Assembly (NCBI RefSeq): GCF_009914755.1
Contig: NC_060935.1
Source of the DNA: the human T2T-CHM13v2.0 reference genome, Homo sapiens
DNA: 64,000 bases
Strand: one strand, 5' to 3'
The translations under genes were made by a program, and so were the position numbers. Below, in pieces: positions 14,082 to 28,349 of the stretch; within the stretch, counting starts at the first letter, position 1; every line of letters starts with the position of its first letter. The notes under the pieces are model-generated. The model was not told the origin of the DNA, did no database searches, and saw nothing but the letters and a program-made list of their open reading frames with translations.

Positions 14082-14290
14082 CAGGGGTTGGCAAATTGTT
14101 TCCATAAAGGGCAAGATCATAAATGTTTCAGGCTTTGCACGGCCGTGTACTGTCTCTGTTGCATATTCTTGTTTTTGCTTTATTTGTTTGCAACCCTTTA
14201 AAAATGTAAAAACCATTCTTAGCTCAGGGGCCAGACGAAAACAGGCCAAGGGCCAGATCTGACCCATGGGCTGTAATTTGCCACCTCCTG
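14082..14290. mobile_element. MER58-family hAT MITE
   Basis: TIRs CAGGGGTTGGCAAA / TTTGCCACCTCCTG; near 8-bp TSD gtttagag/gtttaggt. Confidence 0.85.
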
Positions 14291-15719
14291 GTTTAGGTAA
14301 ACAAACCTTTAGGAGCTCCTCCTGCATGCTTAGCACTGGTCTACATGTGGGGAATTCAAAGATGTGTAAAGCTTGATTCATGTCCGCAGAAAATGCCCTG
14401 TCTAGAGGGAGAGACATTCACAGACAGGCCATTACAATAGTGATGGGTGCCACCAAGCGCTGTGGGAATGTAGACTTCTTGGGGAAGATTTCCGAGTTGA
14501 GTAAGAATGAGAAATGAGAAGGAAGAAAGGAGGAATGAGATTAGGCTGAGGGAACAGCAAGCCAGGGGATGGAGCAGGGACCAGCACTACATCTCCTGGG
14601 AACTCTGAGTGGAGTTGCCGAGCATGCTTCCAGGCACATAGCAAAGTGCAGTGCACAGTCTCACCAAGTCCCCAGCCCAACACCAGGTCCTGAGTCCATG
14701 CTCAAGAAATATTTGGGATTTGTGTGGTTGTTTAACTTTTCTCCATTTTTTTATTCTTATAAAGTTGCAGAGCCTGAATGTGCATTCAACCCTTAGCAGT
14801 GAGGGAGATCTACATGGGTATCGCTGCTGGTCAAAGTGGCATTGTGATTCATTTTTCCTCAGCTTGGGTTCTATTCCTGGCTCTGCCACCAACTGACCTT
14901 GGTTGAGTAAGTTATTCTATTTCTCCAAGTGTTAATTTTCCACCCATAAAGGGGGTATCATGATAGGATCTTCCTCTTGGGGGTATCCTCAGGAGCCAGT
15001 GAGCCCCTGTAAATGCTCTGCAAATGGTGGCCAATGGGACTTCTTTCTCATCTGCTTGACCCAAGGGATGGAGGGCAGGAGGGATATGCTGAGGGTAATT
15101 GACACAGAACCAGCAGCAGAGAGAGGACATGGGGAAGGAGCCTAAGAGATGACGCAAGCTGGCACCTCCCACACCAACCAGCTCAGGCTCAGGATAGGCC
15201 CATGGGCAGGTTGAGTGCCCTCTGTGTCAGAAACAGTGGGAATCAGGGGTCAGGGAACCATGCAGCTACTAGCTAGCAGCTTATGGTACCTTCTAAGCCA
15301 GAGGATTTAGGTCTTAAGGAGGCAGGCAGAGGAACAGGGAAGAGTTCCCATGGGGCAGAATATAGATTTGTAAGTGTTTGTGTGTTTGTTTGCTCCTGGC
15401 CTCTCTTCAAAAGGAATTTGAGACAGGTTGTAACAAGTTACATGGATACAACATGGTTGATATAATAGAAAGGAAAAGAAATAGCCATTGCCCAAGAGCT
15501 ATATTAAACATTGAATTTGGCTCTGAACCTCTGAGCAGCCTAGGCAAGGGAGGGAAAGAAAAGAGAAAAAGACTAATACTTAGCATATGCTGAGGACCAT
15601 TACCATGGAAGGAATTTCCACACGCAACCCTGTAATGATACTTATTACTATCTCCATTTATAGAACCAGGATGCTAGAGATGCTACATTGAGTTTTATGA
15701 ATATATTCAGATATGTCTG

Positions 15720-15960
15720 TGTTTTTTGAGCATCTGCTATATGCCAGGCACTGTGCTGGGTGCCTTATGCACAGAATTTTAATTCTTCTACCAATCTTAA
15801 GAAATAAATCCTATTATTATCATCATTTGACAGATGAGGAAACAAATGAAGAACAGAAAGGTGAAGTTATTTTCTTAAGGTCAAACAGCCAGCTTGTGCC
15901 CAAGCCAAAATTCAAACCCAGAGAAGTTTGATTCCAAACCTCTCCTCTCACCGCCCTGTG
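15720..15960 (-). mobile_element. MIR
   Basis: TGCCAGGCACTGTGCT...ACAGATGAGGAAAC. Confidence 0.78.
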
Positions 15961-17539
15961 AGCACAGCTTCTCTGATAACAAGTTTCCTTGGCACTATAC
16001 TCTACAATAATTTTCTCAAATTGAGGTGTTAATTGGGGAGGAACAGAAGACATTAAGTGGCACATTAGTCAGTTTTATAAGAATCCTGGCAATGATTTTA
16101 AATAGAGGGCTGAAATTTTGTGTGCCTTGTCTTCTGGTTTTGTTTAAACACCACAAGCACCAAAGCTTGCAACTTTCTGCTCTCGGGGCCTGTTCCCTCC
16201 CTTCCATGATGGGTTAAATCTAGGCACAGTAGTGAATGTGAGCAACCAGGGCTCAGGGGCAGGGTCCCAGGATCCTTTCAGGCCAGGGTGAGCAAGCCCT
16301 ATTAGAAACAACAGACCCAAGATGACTTGAATTTCCCACCTGCCCTTCCTTTTCCTGCCCCTTCTCCATGCTGTGTTTTTATGACACTTCAGTGTGCTGC
16401 TTCTTGGGGCCAGGCGCCTCCTCCAAGCTGAGCCAGCCTTTTATGGCCATGGAGCTAATTAAGTAACAGCAACTCAGGGGCGCTTGGAAAGCAGCGTGGG
16501 CCGTCGTCAGTCCTGGGCTGTGCAGCCAAGTGCCTCTGGCCTGGGTTGTGGAAGGAGCTTTTGGCTAAGCATCAGGCTATTCCTCTGCGCTCTCTCCTGC
16601 TGGCCCCAACTCACCTTCTCTGTTACCTCTGCATCAGGAACTCTTGAAGCCGCCGTCTCCCTGAGCTGCCTGGAAACTTCCCGAGACTGGCCTGAGAATA
16701 ACTGTGCCCCAATTATTATTTTATTTCCACTCCAGGGTACTTATTTACACAAGAGGGACGGGAGGGCGCGCTCTCAAAAGGAGAGCAAGTCCTTCTGGGT
16801 GCCAGCCTTTGGGCCAGAGGGCCACTCTTGACAGGCAGGAATGACTGCAGCTCCCAAGTAGCAATTTTTTTTCAATGGAAGGTTATAAGCAACGAGCCCC
16901 AAAGGTCAAATTCCCCAAGGGAAAAAAGGGTATATGCCTCTGCTTTCTTCTCCCAGTTTTGCAGTGAGCAGTTTGTTCTCAAGTGTTGTCACGGGCCAGG
17001 CTTACCTCCTTCAAACAAAAGGTGGGGGCAAACCCAGAAAGGAATCTCAATGGCTATGTGTTAACAGCTTCAAGTTTCTGTGAGTGAGATCACCTAGAGA
17101 GCAGGTTTTCCTGAGCCTCAGGCTTCCTGGGCACTTCTCTGCCTGGAACATAAGGTTTTCCACCTCAGCCTCCACCCACAAGATACTTCCCTCCTTCAGA
17201 CTTCATAACTTCTTTCCTGGCCTCTTGTTTGACCTCTGAAATGTACTCCCTGTCCACAGTAAGAGGCAGTAGCTATTAGGAGGGCAAAGGGCCACCTCCC
17301 TGGGTTCAAATCTAACACAGAATTTAGCTAAGCCTTGGTTTCCTCCTCTGCAAAATGGGGAAATAGTTGCACCACTTTATGGAGTTTGGGTGAGAATCAA
17401 AGTAGGAAATCCATGCAAAGAGCTCAGTAAGGTGCCTAGCAGAGATCAAGAGCCTGAGTGCTTCTAATCCGTCCCCCTCAGGACCTCCAGAGACCTCATG
17501 GCCACATCCTTCATGCACACCGCAGCTTCCTCCTCTTGC

Positions 17540-18065
17540 CTCAGCAGAGAGAAACCTCCAGGATCCTTAGCATGGTAAAAAAGGCCCTGTTCAACTTGGT
17601 CCCAACCTTTATTTCCATTCCATCTCTCATTCAACTCACCTCTCTAGCTCTCCCTGACTCTACGCCATGGATGTACACTTAAACTTTAATCATATGTTTC
17701 AAAAATGCCCTGGAGTCTTTGTAGGTATTATTCCTTTTTCCCAGTCTGCCCTCCCTCACTTATTTGATAAACTCCCAGTTATTTTTTAAGGCTTAACTTA
17801 AGGGCTCCCTTCTCAGAGAAGCCTTTCCTGCCCACCAGGACACATACACGCATGCTCACACACGCATGCATACACTCCCTGTAAAGAGTAGACACCCACT
17901 GCCTGTGTCCAACTATATGAGGCATCAGTCTGTAGTTGCTTTTCTGTCTCCTTCACTGTCTGTGAGCTCCTGGAGAGCAGGGAGCATGTCATATGCCTCC
18001 TGGCACAGGACATAGCAAATAGGTGTTCAATAAATACCTGTGGAATGAATGCTTGCATCACTGAC
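17540..18065 (+). mobile_element. L2 3' region
   Basis: CCCTTCTCAGAGAAGCCTTTCCTG, TGTGAGCTCCTGGAGAGCAGGGA, TAGGTGTTCAATAAATA..TGAATG. Confidence 0.75.
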
Positions 18066-20154
18066 TGAGAAATGTGTGGTAGGAAGCTTCCTTCTATGCG
18101 CCAATAAATCAGGGCTGCTTTGTACAGTGTGTGAGCTGTGGAGTGTACCAACCTGCATGGCCAGTCCCGGGGCCCAAATGTGTTTTAGCTCTACTCCCTC
18201 AACTGAGTTAGCCTCAGAGTTGCTCAAGTCCCCTCGAAACTAATTGATATTTGTACAGCAATTGGTAATTCACGAGTTTTCACAACAGTATAATTAATAA
18301 TAATATCAATCGCAAGAATGTTAACATTTTCTGAGTGCTTACTCTGTACCATGCATTTGATGTATATTATTTCAATTAATCCTTACAACAACCCTAAGGG
18401 CAGATATGATTGTTATACCCATTTTACAGATGTGGGAGGCTCTGGCTGGGAGTGAGGAAGGTGACCTTCACACTAAGGCCCTTTGGTGCCAAGTCCTGTG
18501 CCCCTTCTACCCACCCTGAGAGCCTTGTTCTGGCACATCAGAAGGCATCAGTCTTCATTCCTCAGCTGTTTGATTTCTCTCATTTAGCTTCTTCCCTGTC
18601 CCTTCCTCCTCGATCCCCCTCCCTGCTCCAGTCTGGCCTCATAATAAGAATATTTTAGGTTGCAAGATCTCTTGGCTCCCACCACATATATTTGAAAAGG
18701 AGCATGCACTGCAGTGTGGAGATCTTGGGTTCATAACTGGCTCTCCCACCTTCCAGCTGTGTGTCTGTGAGCAAGAGTCTTAGTTCCTCTGTGCTTCCAT
18801 ATTCTCATTTGCAAAATGAAGATAATACTACCAATCCTAGTGATTCACTTTGAGTATTTACAACCTAGCACAATGCTTGGTGCATGGTAAATATTGAAGT
18901 CAGTGTTTCCCTCCTTACCTCTCCCTGAAAAAAAAAAAATTTTTAGAAAGCAATTTCTATGGCATTACGCTCAAGGAAACCATAGCAACCAGTTTCCTGT
19001 AGCTTGGTTTCCGGCCTTCCCTAGCTGTACAATAGTGCTGGGACACAGCCTTTGTTATTCCGATACCCCAGGGAAGATGTGGACGTCATGCACTCTATGG
19101 GGTGGAGGCATCTGCTGGGTAGAATTGCCCAGTGTGCTGGTGGTGTCATTGCTGTTGGCACTTTGGCTCTCAGAGAACCAGGCTGTCCCAGGCCTGGGTT
19201 AGGCCACGAGGATGCTGTGGTTTCCCACTGGCGACTCAATTCATCTTCTAAGGGTTGCCTTATTGTGGGTCAGGCCAGAGCAGCTGGCCCTCTCTTTTTA
19301 CGGGGATAAAAGTAGCATTTGGTTGGGTCTGGAGAGCTTCCTGACTCTCCTTAGATCGTTAAGACATTTCCTAGGATGTGACAGTCACAAGAGTACCATG
19401 TGATTGTGTGTGCATGTGTGAGTTTGTGGGCGCCTGTTAACCACACCAAGAGTGAAGGCACGGCCTCTCAAGGAAAGAATCAAGACTGCCAGCCACAGAA
19501 AAAGGCTATCAACTTGGCCTTGTGAAGTGGAGAACTCCTTGTCCCTACAGGCCTCTGGGGCAAGCTGCAGTCGGGTCCAGACCATGGTGATACTAACCCC
19601 AGCCTGTACTGCCACTTGGCACCCTGCACAAAGAGTCTCCCCATATGCCTGGCGTAATCCAACCTGGATTGCTGCAGTCTGGCTGCAGAGTGATTTCCAG
19701 GCAAGCCATTTGGGCAAGAGCAACTTGACTGCATCACGAAGCATGACTGAATTTTGGCCGAGCCCAGGGTGACAGCTTGCAGAGGTCCCTGGCTGCGGGA
19801 AGAAAGGCAGTGAGGTGGGCAAAGGCAGCACCTGGCCATGGTCTGGGTGCCTCCCAAGCCCAGTGTGTCCTACTCGGCTTGTGATCAGGGCTTGATAATC
19901 AATGCATCCCCTCATTTTACAGAGGAGGAGACTGAGGCCCAGAGAGGGTCGGGCCTTGCCCAAAGTCACACAGCTTGTCAGTCATAGACTTATTGCATTT
20001 TCAAGACAGAATGACTCCTAAAAATTATCTGTCCCAAACTCCTCAATTGATAAATGACAAAAATTAGGTTCAGGGAAGGAAAGGAGCATTTTCAGGGTTA
20101 CAGAGAAGCAGAGAAGACTCACAGCCCTGACTGAGTGATTTTGTGATTGATCTA

Positions 20155-20375
20155 CAGAGGCCAGCAAACTATGGCCCCCAGGCCAAATCAGCTGGCCACG
20201 TTTTTGTAAATACGGTTTTATTGGAACACAGTCATGACCATTCGTTTCTGTATTGTCCATGACTGCCTTCATGCTACAAGGGCAAGATTGAGTGGTTGCA
20301 ACAAAGACCATATGGCCTGCAAAGCCTAAAATATTTACTATCTGGCCTTTTATAGAAAAAGTTTGCCAACCCCTG
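20155..20375. mobile_element. MER58A hAT MITE
   Basis: CAAACTATGGCCC...TTTTATTGGAACACAG...AAAGCCTAAAATATTTACTATCTGGCC...TTTGCCAACCCCTG. Confidence 0.9.
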
Positions 20376-21578
20376 GTCTAACCCACTGAGGTTTTTCCAA
20401 ACGCCTGGAAACTGCTGGCCACAATCCCAGTATCCTTCTCCTTTGAGGAGAAGAGAATCCATCCCTATTGTCAGGTTGGGGACTGGCCAGAGACCCCTCT
20501 CCAGAGGGAGAGGCTGCGCCGCAGGAATAGGAGCGAGGGGATGCTGACCAAGAAGAAAGCCTCCTTCAGAGGGGAGTTGAGTCCCAACTTGCACTTGGAG
20601 AGCGCCCAAGATAATAAGGATGATAAGAAGAAAACCAATTGCTAACTTTTGTGATTGTGTGCCAGGTTCTGTTCTAAGCTCCTTTTTTGTAGGATTGAAC
20701 CTTCACAACAGCCTAGCACAATGGGTACAATTAGTATTCTCGTTTTGTACATGAGAAATGAAACGTAGAAAGATTAAATAACTTGCCTAGCCTAGTCAGT
20801 GGTGGGACCAGAATAGGAGTCCAGGCATGCTTACTCCGGAGCCCATGCCTGTCATCTCGCTGCAGGATCTGGATGAAATGGGTGTCTCACCTGCACTGGG
20901 AGGGGTCAAGAGCTTAACCCTGTAACTTTCCTCCTTTCTCTTTTCATCAACTGTTTAGTGACTGCCTGTTGTGCGCAAGTCACAGTAGAGCTGTGCTAGG
21001 CTCTGTGATGGGAGAGCAAGAAACATCACATATAGAACCCGCGTCTGAGGAGCCCGCAGATGGGAAGGCAGCAGCTGTGTGATCAATTGCTATCTAGGGT
21101 AGAAATTGGCAGTGTCGAAAGAGAAGCATGGGGAAAATGCCAGGTGAATCAAGGGGCATCATCTTCCGAGATACCACATAGCCATTCAAATGTTGAGCAT
21201 CAGGGGCTCAAAATGCTAATGCCCGGATTGGCCAGGCAGCTGATGTGAACAGAGAAGCAGATCTTATTTGTGTAAGACAGCGAGGAGAGGTGGGGCCTGT
21301 GGAGAATGGATGAGTACATTCCCCAGTGCTAGGTGTTCAAATTCAGAATTTCCCACCACCTCCACGAGCTAAACCGACCTCTCTCAGGCCAGATCAGCTG
21401 TGGCATCTGTTATGTTGACTAATATTTATCAACATAGAAAGATTTCCTATGTTGTTAAATGTGAAAAGCAAATTACAAAGCGGTCAGATTAACATGTTTT
21501 GGGTTTTTAAAAATGTATATGTCTCCACACATAGAGCTATATGGAGAAAAGGCTGAGAGGAATTAGTCCAAAATTTTA

Positions 21579-21971
<393 letters not shown>

Positions 21972-22039
21972 TCAGCTTTTGTTTCTGTTTTTGTTTAGAA
22001 GAGAGAGATGATTCTATATCCTTCCCCTCTCTACCCCAC

Positions 22040-22330
22040 CATCTCTTGACTCATTCCTACTCTTCAAGATTCATCTCAAACATCACGTCCTTTAGGGAAC
22101 CCTGGTTCCTAGGGTGGTTTGGGACACCCCGGCTGTGTTCTGTGCTCCCCACATCACAGCCCTTCCTTTTTGGCGGTTCTTGTTGTGACCTGTGTACTCC
22201 TGTACCTGGTACTGAAACAAACACTAGGTATGAGCTTCCTGAGGGCAGGGACTGTGTCTAAGCTATCTTTGGATTTCCAGTATCTAACATAGAACTTAAC
22301 ACATAATGTGTGCTCCATAAATACCTGAGG
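22040..22330 (+). mobile_element. L2 3' region
   Basis: TGAGCTTCCTGAGGGCAGGGACTGTGTC...GTGCTCCATAAATA. Confidence 0.7.
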
Positions 22331-23009
22331 AATGAGGGGCTGAATTTAGTGCTGAAGGCAAGAGGAAGGGCCCCTGGAGGGGAGCCCTACCTATTGGGCA
22401 CAAGAGAGGCCAGGAGGGTTGGGGGCCAAGGCACCTGGAGTGAGGGGCAAAGACAGGACATCCTGGGCACAGTGGGCCATCCCATTTGGCTGGAGGGTGG
22501 GGTTCTTGAATGAGAATAGAGAGAAATCAGATTGGAAAAGAGGAGGGCTCCAGAAAGGGGGCTGGAACATCAGGCTTGGGGGTTTGGATGTTATTCCAGC
22601 GCCCAGGACAAGCCTGCCTCCTCACAAAAGATAGCTCTGGCCCCAGCACATCATTCTTTTCATCCCCCACCCCCCTCTTTAGAGCGTTTTCCTGCCTTTT
22701 TGGCACCGAATGCAGTGCTGGCTTCTGTCCTGAGCAGCGTGATCTGCTGCCCATGAGTCAGGGGCTCGGCCATTCCTAAGTGACTAAGGCTGTCGCCTCC
22801 CGCCAGTTTCCCGTAACCGCCTGAGTAAAGACTCAGTCTGAATCACTGTTTATTGTTTTTAAGGGTTTTTTTCCCCTCCTCTCCAGTTTTTAAATATCAA
22901 CCACCCAGCCAGGCCAGTAGGGCTGAATGAGTGCTGGGAAACTGTAGGACACACCCCTCACCCGCACACACAGGAGGGATGCGGAACCCCATTCTGCTTA
23001 GGGAAGCAA

Positions 23010-23620
23010 GGAGGCTGTGGCTATGGAGCCAGACAGACCTGCATTTGAATCCTGCCTCTACCCCTACCTGCTGTGCTCCCTTGGGAAAATCACTTCACCT
23101 ATCTGAACCTTAGTTTCCTTATCTGCAAAATGGGGATAATAATGCCTATATAAGAGGGTTCCTGTGAGAATGAGAGCTAAAATTTATAAAGGAACTGGCA
23201 TATGGCAAGCATTCCAGAAGTGGTAATTATTATAAAACACGGCTCTTCTGCTCAGGAATGAGCTCACGTGAGAGAACGGTAGGGGTCTCATGCCTTCTTT
23301 GCACCTGTCATTTCAGTAAAGCCAAATAATCAAGGGCTTCCAAAGCCCATGCTTTAGGAATTTATTTCAGACTACTGATGAATCACTTAGTTCTATTATG
23401 AATAGCCAACATTTATGCAGCACTTAGCGGGTGCCAGGCACTGTTCTAAGCATTTTACATTAAGTAATTAATTTAATCATCACAAACCCCTTTGGGGTAG
23501 GTATTATCATTATCCCCACTTACAGATAGAGACAGAAACTGAGGTGCAGAATTTAACTAACTTACTAATGAGAGACAGAGCCAGGGGTTGAACTGAAATG
23601 ATCTAGCTTCTGGGGACAAG
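23010..23620. mobile_element. Two MIRs in opposite orientation (+ ~23010-23230; - ~23400-23620)
   Basis: CCTTAGTTTCCTTATCTGCAAAATGGGGATAAT and TTATCCCCACTTACAGAT...AAACTGAGG. Confidence 0.8.
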
Positions 23621-24949
23621 GTCATGCCTGGCAGTGAGATTCTCTCAGGGACGTCCCTTGACCTGGCAGTCCTTCTTCATATGTTTTGTCCTAACTGGAT
23701 CATTATCAAATAATGACAATGTGCCAGGCATTGAAGTATCATCAATTTTCAATTTAATTTCACCGCAGTTATAAAAGATAGATTTGCTTGTCCTTATTTT
23801 ATATATAGGGAAGTTGAAGTTTTGAATGGTGAGGAAACACCCAAAGTCAGTTAGTGATAGAGTTAGCGTTTGAACCCAGGTCTCTCTGCAATTTGGGGGT
23901 AATTGCACCACTCTGTGTGAAATGGCTAGCTGAGTTGAGATCAGGTTTATCTTCTAGAAGCCTATCGATTTAATTATTTGGCATTAATGGCCCACTGGTC
24001 TGCCTAAGTCCCTCTAAAGAGGTGACCAGTCTGATGGGATTTAGCAATAGGTTTGCCCCTTGGGATGAGCCCTTGGTCCTCCACACCAATAGCCTGCAGT
24101 TCTGGGAGGATCTGGCCAGCCTTTGGCAAGTCTGGGATTGGAGTACAGGAAATCTCTCTATACAGAACATGTATTCAGTGTCCAGAAACTCTCACCAATG
24201 CATAGTAAGCATGTCCTCCAGACCAGGTAGCTAGGAAGCCACTGTGGGAATCCACTGAGACCTGTGGGCACATCTGAATGGAATTCCTGTGGGATGTACG
24301 TGTCAGGTGTCTGGCAGCCTCAGGAGGCTGCGTGGTGGTTTCATATAGAAATTAGGACACCTCCACCTGAGAAAATACATCTAGCAGGGAATAGATAGAT
24401 GTCCACAATATCAAGATAGCTTGTGTTAGTCACATGATCTGATCAAGCAGCTGAGAGAGAGCAAGCCACAGAGTGGACTTCACTCTGCAGGGTTCCAGGG
24501 CTGCCCACCACCACCAGAGCATCAGGCACAGCACCTGGACTCACTCCCCTAGACAGCACCTTACCCACATACAACATACTCACCCCATGGTACACCCTAC
24601 ACATTGCTCTGTTGACTTATGTAGATTGAGGAGTGGGAATCTGGAGAGGGAGGAAAGAAAGAAAGAAAGAAGGGGCTGGTGATAATACCATGCTAATAAT
24701 AATTGCTTCCACATGCTTGGTATGTGCTAAGAACTGTGCTAAACTTTTTACACACATGCCTTATCTCATAATCCAATTGTTATCCTACTTAACAGATGAG
24801 GACACTGAGCCTTAGAGAAGTTCGTAAACTGCCCAGAAAGGAAATGTGTACTGTGGAAATGAGCACTGCGGTCAATGTGCCAAGCACATTGTGAAGTGCT
24901 TTATATACATAGCCCCATTAACCTCTGCGAGGACCTGGGAGGCTGGTAT

Positions 24950-25347
24950 TGTGTCAGTCCATTTGTGTCGCTATAAAGAAATACCTGAGGCTGGGTAATT
25001 CATAAAGAAAAGAGGTTTAATTGGCTCATGATTCTGAAGGCTATACAAGCATGGCACCAGCATCTGCTTTTGGCGAGGGCCTCAGGAAGCTTACAATGAT
25101 AGCAGAAGGGATGGGGGGCTACATATTACATGTGAGAGAGGGAGCATGACAGAGAGGGCAGAGATGCCACACACTCTTTTAAATAAGCAGATCTTGCATG
25201 AACTGAGTGAGAACACACTATCAGGAGTATGACGCTAAGCCGTTCATGAGGGATCTGCCCCCATGACCAAACACCTCCCACCAGGCCCCATCTCCAACAC
25301 TCATTCCAATATGAGATTTGGAGAGGACAAACATCCAAAACATATCA
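24950..25347 (-). mobile_element. MaLR MST-type solo LTR nested in a MIR
   Basis: TGTGTCAGTCCATTTG...AAATACCTGAGGCTGGGTAATTCATAAAGAAAAGAGGTTTAATTGGCTCA...CCAAAACATATCA; TG...CA ends; MIR halves on both sides. Confidence 0.9.
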
Positions 25348-28300
25348 TATTCATTTTGCCCATTTTTCAGATGAAAACAGTGAGGTTCAGAGAAGTGAAG
25401 CATTTTCCAAGGTTGCAGAACTAGGATGAGGGCGGACTAGATTCAAACCTTTGTTAATCTGTGGATTGTCAACTGTGCCACCCTGGTTCTGGCTAGAAGT
25501 TAGAAGATCTGGGTTTCAGTGACTGCTTTGGTTCATATAGATAAAATGGGGGTATTTGTATTAAATGATCCTTAAATTTCCTTGTAGTGCTAATATTTTG
25601 TGTTTCTCTGAGGAAGGAAGAGTAGCCGGGAGTTTGGGAAGTCATCAGTGGCCTTCTTCTGGGACACATGTAAGCCTGTTTGAATGGGGAGGGCCAAGGA
25701 GAGAGAGTAGTTTTTCATTTCCTCTAAACGGAATGTCAGGGGTTGCGGGGTGTAACAGAAAGCCTCATGGCAGCAGCTTAGGAAGGCGGGGTCAGTGATG
25801 TGTTTTCTTAAAAGAGAAAAGGTTGAGTTGGGTCACCTTCTTTTTTAGCTGCTTGTGTCCTAGCAAGGACTGAATTTTTATGGGTCATAATTTGGTACAG
25901 ATAAAAACATATTGTACTGAGCTCAGCCAAATCCCCTATGCTGGCATTACTGGTAGAGTTCTCAGCCAGCTGACTGGGCCCATCCAAGAGGCCTGTGGGG
26001 AGAAGAGTCAGGCAAGGCCTGGATGTTCTCTTGGAGCACCTTGGCAAGGATTTGGATAGCACTGTGGTCCCCACTGCCTGCCTCAGTAGAGCAGAGCTGT
26101 GCAGGGCATCCAGAAAGGCTGGGCTTCCAGTTGGGTCTGTGTGAGTTGGCTCTGCCCCTTTCTGGCTGAGTGACCAGGACATGAGCAAGTCATTCAGCCC
26201 CTGGGGTTGCAAACTTTACTCCACAAACCAGCACAAGGACAAGGCCACATTTCACCAACGCCCAGAGGAGGGAGAAAACTCAGGATATTAAATTGGATCT
26301 TCAACAATATAATTTTATTAAGTTTTAAAAAATGACCTTTATTCTGATTAAATTGTCTGCCACAATTGTTTGCATTAAAATATCTTTTCTTTTGCCAAAA
26401 TGGGACGATAAGTTTAGATGTAGCATTTTTTAATTTTTAAAATTTCCTTACTAAGATAATTGAGGTGAACAATCCATGTACACTCCCCCAATGGTTTTAA
26501 CTTGATTGCGAAATCCAAAAACTGGAAATCACTGATAGAGCTTCTCTGAAAATTAGTTTCTTCATCTGTGAAGTGGGGATAATTAGCTCTATTTTCTTCA
26601 AAGGGTATTGTGTTGGAAAAAATGAGGTAATATATAAAATGTCTGTTCCTGAACTCAATTTAAATAGAATTATACTTCCTTTTCATGCCAACTGTTATAT
26701 CCTAGGTCTACATGCTGGACTTCAGCCCTTGTCACAATGTCCTACCATCATTTCTGGGAGCTTTCCCAGGGTATTGACTCATGTGTCAATGCCCAGCAGG
26801 AGGTATCTGCCCTGCTGGCACAGTTGTCACCACTGGGGGCTGTCTCTGAGACCCCAGTGATGAAGGTGAAGCTCTTGATTTGATCTAAAGGTCATTCTTG
26901 GTGGCCCACAACTCTCAGAAGAGGGGCAGCTGCTCAGATATACCCCTTAGTCTGGAGCACCCAAGCACTACCTAAATGCTGATTATCACCAAACTTGGTG
27001 CTTTTTGAGCTGCTACTGCCTCCACCATGGTAAATAGTGGAGGCCAAGCTCCTCTCCAAGGGCACGGCCAAGGGCACTCACCCACTTCCAGATCACTCAA
27101 GGCCCCCCCACACTGCAAGCCCAGTGCCAACCCCACAGACACCAGAGTGAGGAATATATTTCTCCCTCATCCAGTCCTGAGTCTCATCATATTTCCAGCC
27201 CTTCCGGGATGATTGACTATGGGAATACCCATTCTCTTCAAGGGTAGAGTTCTTCTCACCCATCCTCCAAGAGTGCTCACATCCCTATGAGCTCAAGAGC
27301 CCTTGGTTGGCACATTGCCCAAAGTTGGGTCATTATAACCCATGGCCTCTCAGTACAGTGCCTGGCACATTGTAGGTGCTCAGTGAGTGCTAATTTCCCA
27401 TCCAAGTCCCTCACTCCATAAAAGCACATGGTCAGGCAGGGCTAGGACCTGGAAATCCTTCCCTCATTCTAGCTGTAGTTAATATGGGTTTGGGGCAGGA
27501 TGAGAGCAAGACCCAAATGCTGACATCAGTCCTGACCCTCAGAGGAGGCCCTACCATGATCCCACCCTGGGCCAGCCTCCAGCGAATCCCAGACCTTCCC
27601 TCAGAAGGCCCCACAGACTGCTTAGCTAGGCATGTTTGGGTGGTTTGTCCTGCCCTCTCAGTTCAGAAGCTCTGCCATCTGCTTTTAAATCACCTTAATT
27701 TCCAGCCAAATGGGAGTTTTCCTCTCATTTCAAAATGCCCATGATATCATCCATCAGTGGGGAGCAGTTGAAGAAGAAGCCTCGAAGACTTCCAGACCCC
27801 AGCAGTAGGGGTGGGGAAAGCAGGTTTCAAGCAGCCCTTACTAGAATCAGGCCCTGTGACCACACCCCCTTCCCAATATCTACTTGAGCAGGCCTGCAGG
27901 TATGGCCGGGCTGAGGAGTCAAGCTCTGCGGGCTCCAAGATAATGTTAAGGAAGAGGAGGAAGGGTAACAGATCCAGGGTTCCCATGCACTTAAATTCCT
28001 TCATTCTGCAAAGATGAATTTAGTGCTCATTAAGAGTATCAGTTTATTTGGGGTTGAAAGATTTTCACACAAACTAGTGAAACAGCCGTATGATGATTGC
28101 AAGTGCAACAGGAATTGCAGCTGAAGACTTGGAAACTGGATCTAGCTCTGACTCTTTTTAAGTTGATGAGTGATATTGGGTAAACCTCCCTCCCTCTCTA
28201 ATCTTCCATTTATCTTTCTGATAAATGAAGGTGCACCAGTCTCAGAGGGCCCCTGTTGCTCTGGTCCTGGGAATGGTGTGAGGTTTCAGGAGCCTCCCAC

Positions 28301-28349
28301 GCTCTGCACCAAGAGGTGCTTTTGGACTTAGACTGACTCTCAGGGCTCA

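Noticed and set aside
19385-19969. 194-aa minus-strand ORF
   Set aside because: Begins within a MIR core (LGLSLLLCKM); no recognisable protein
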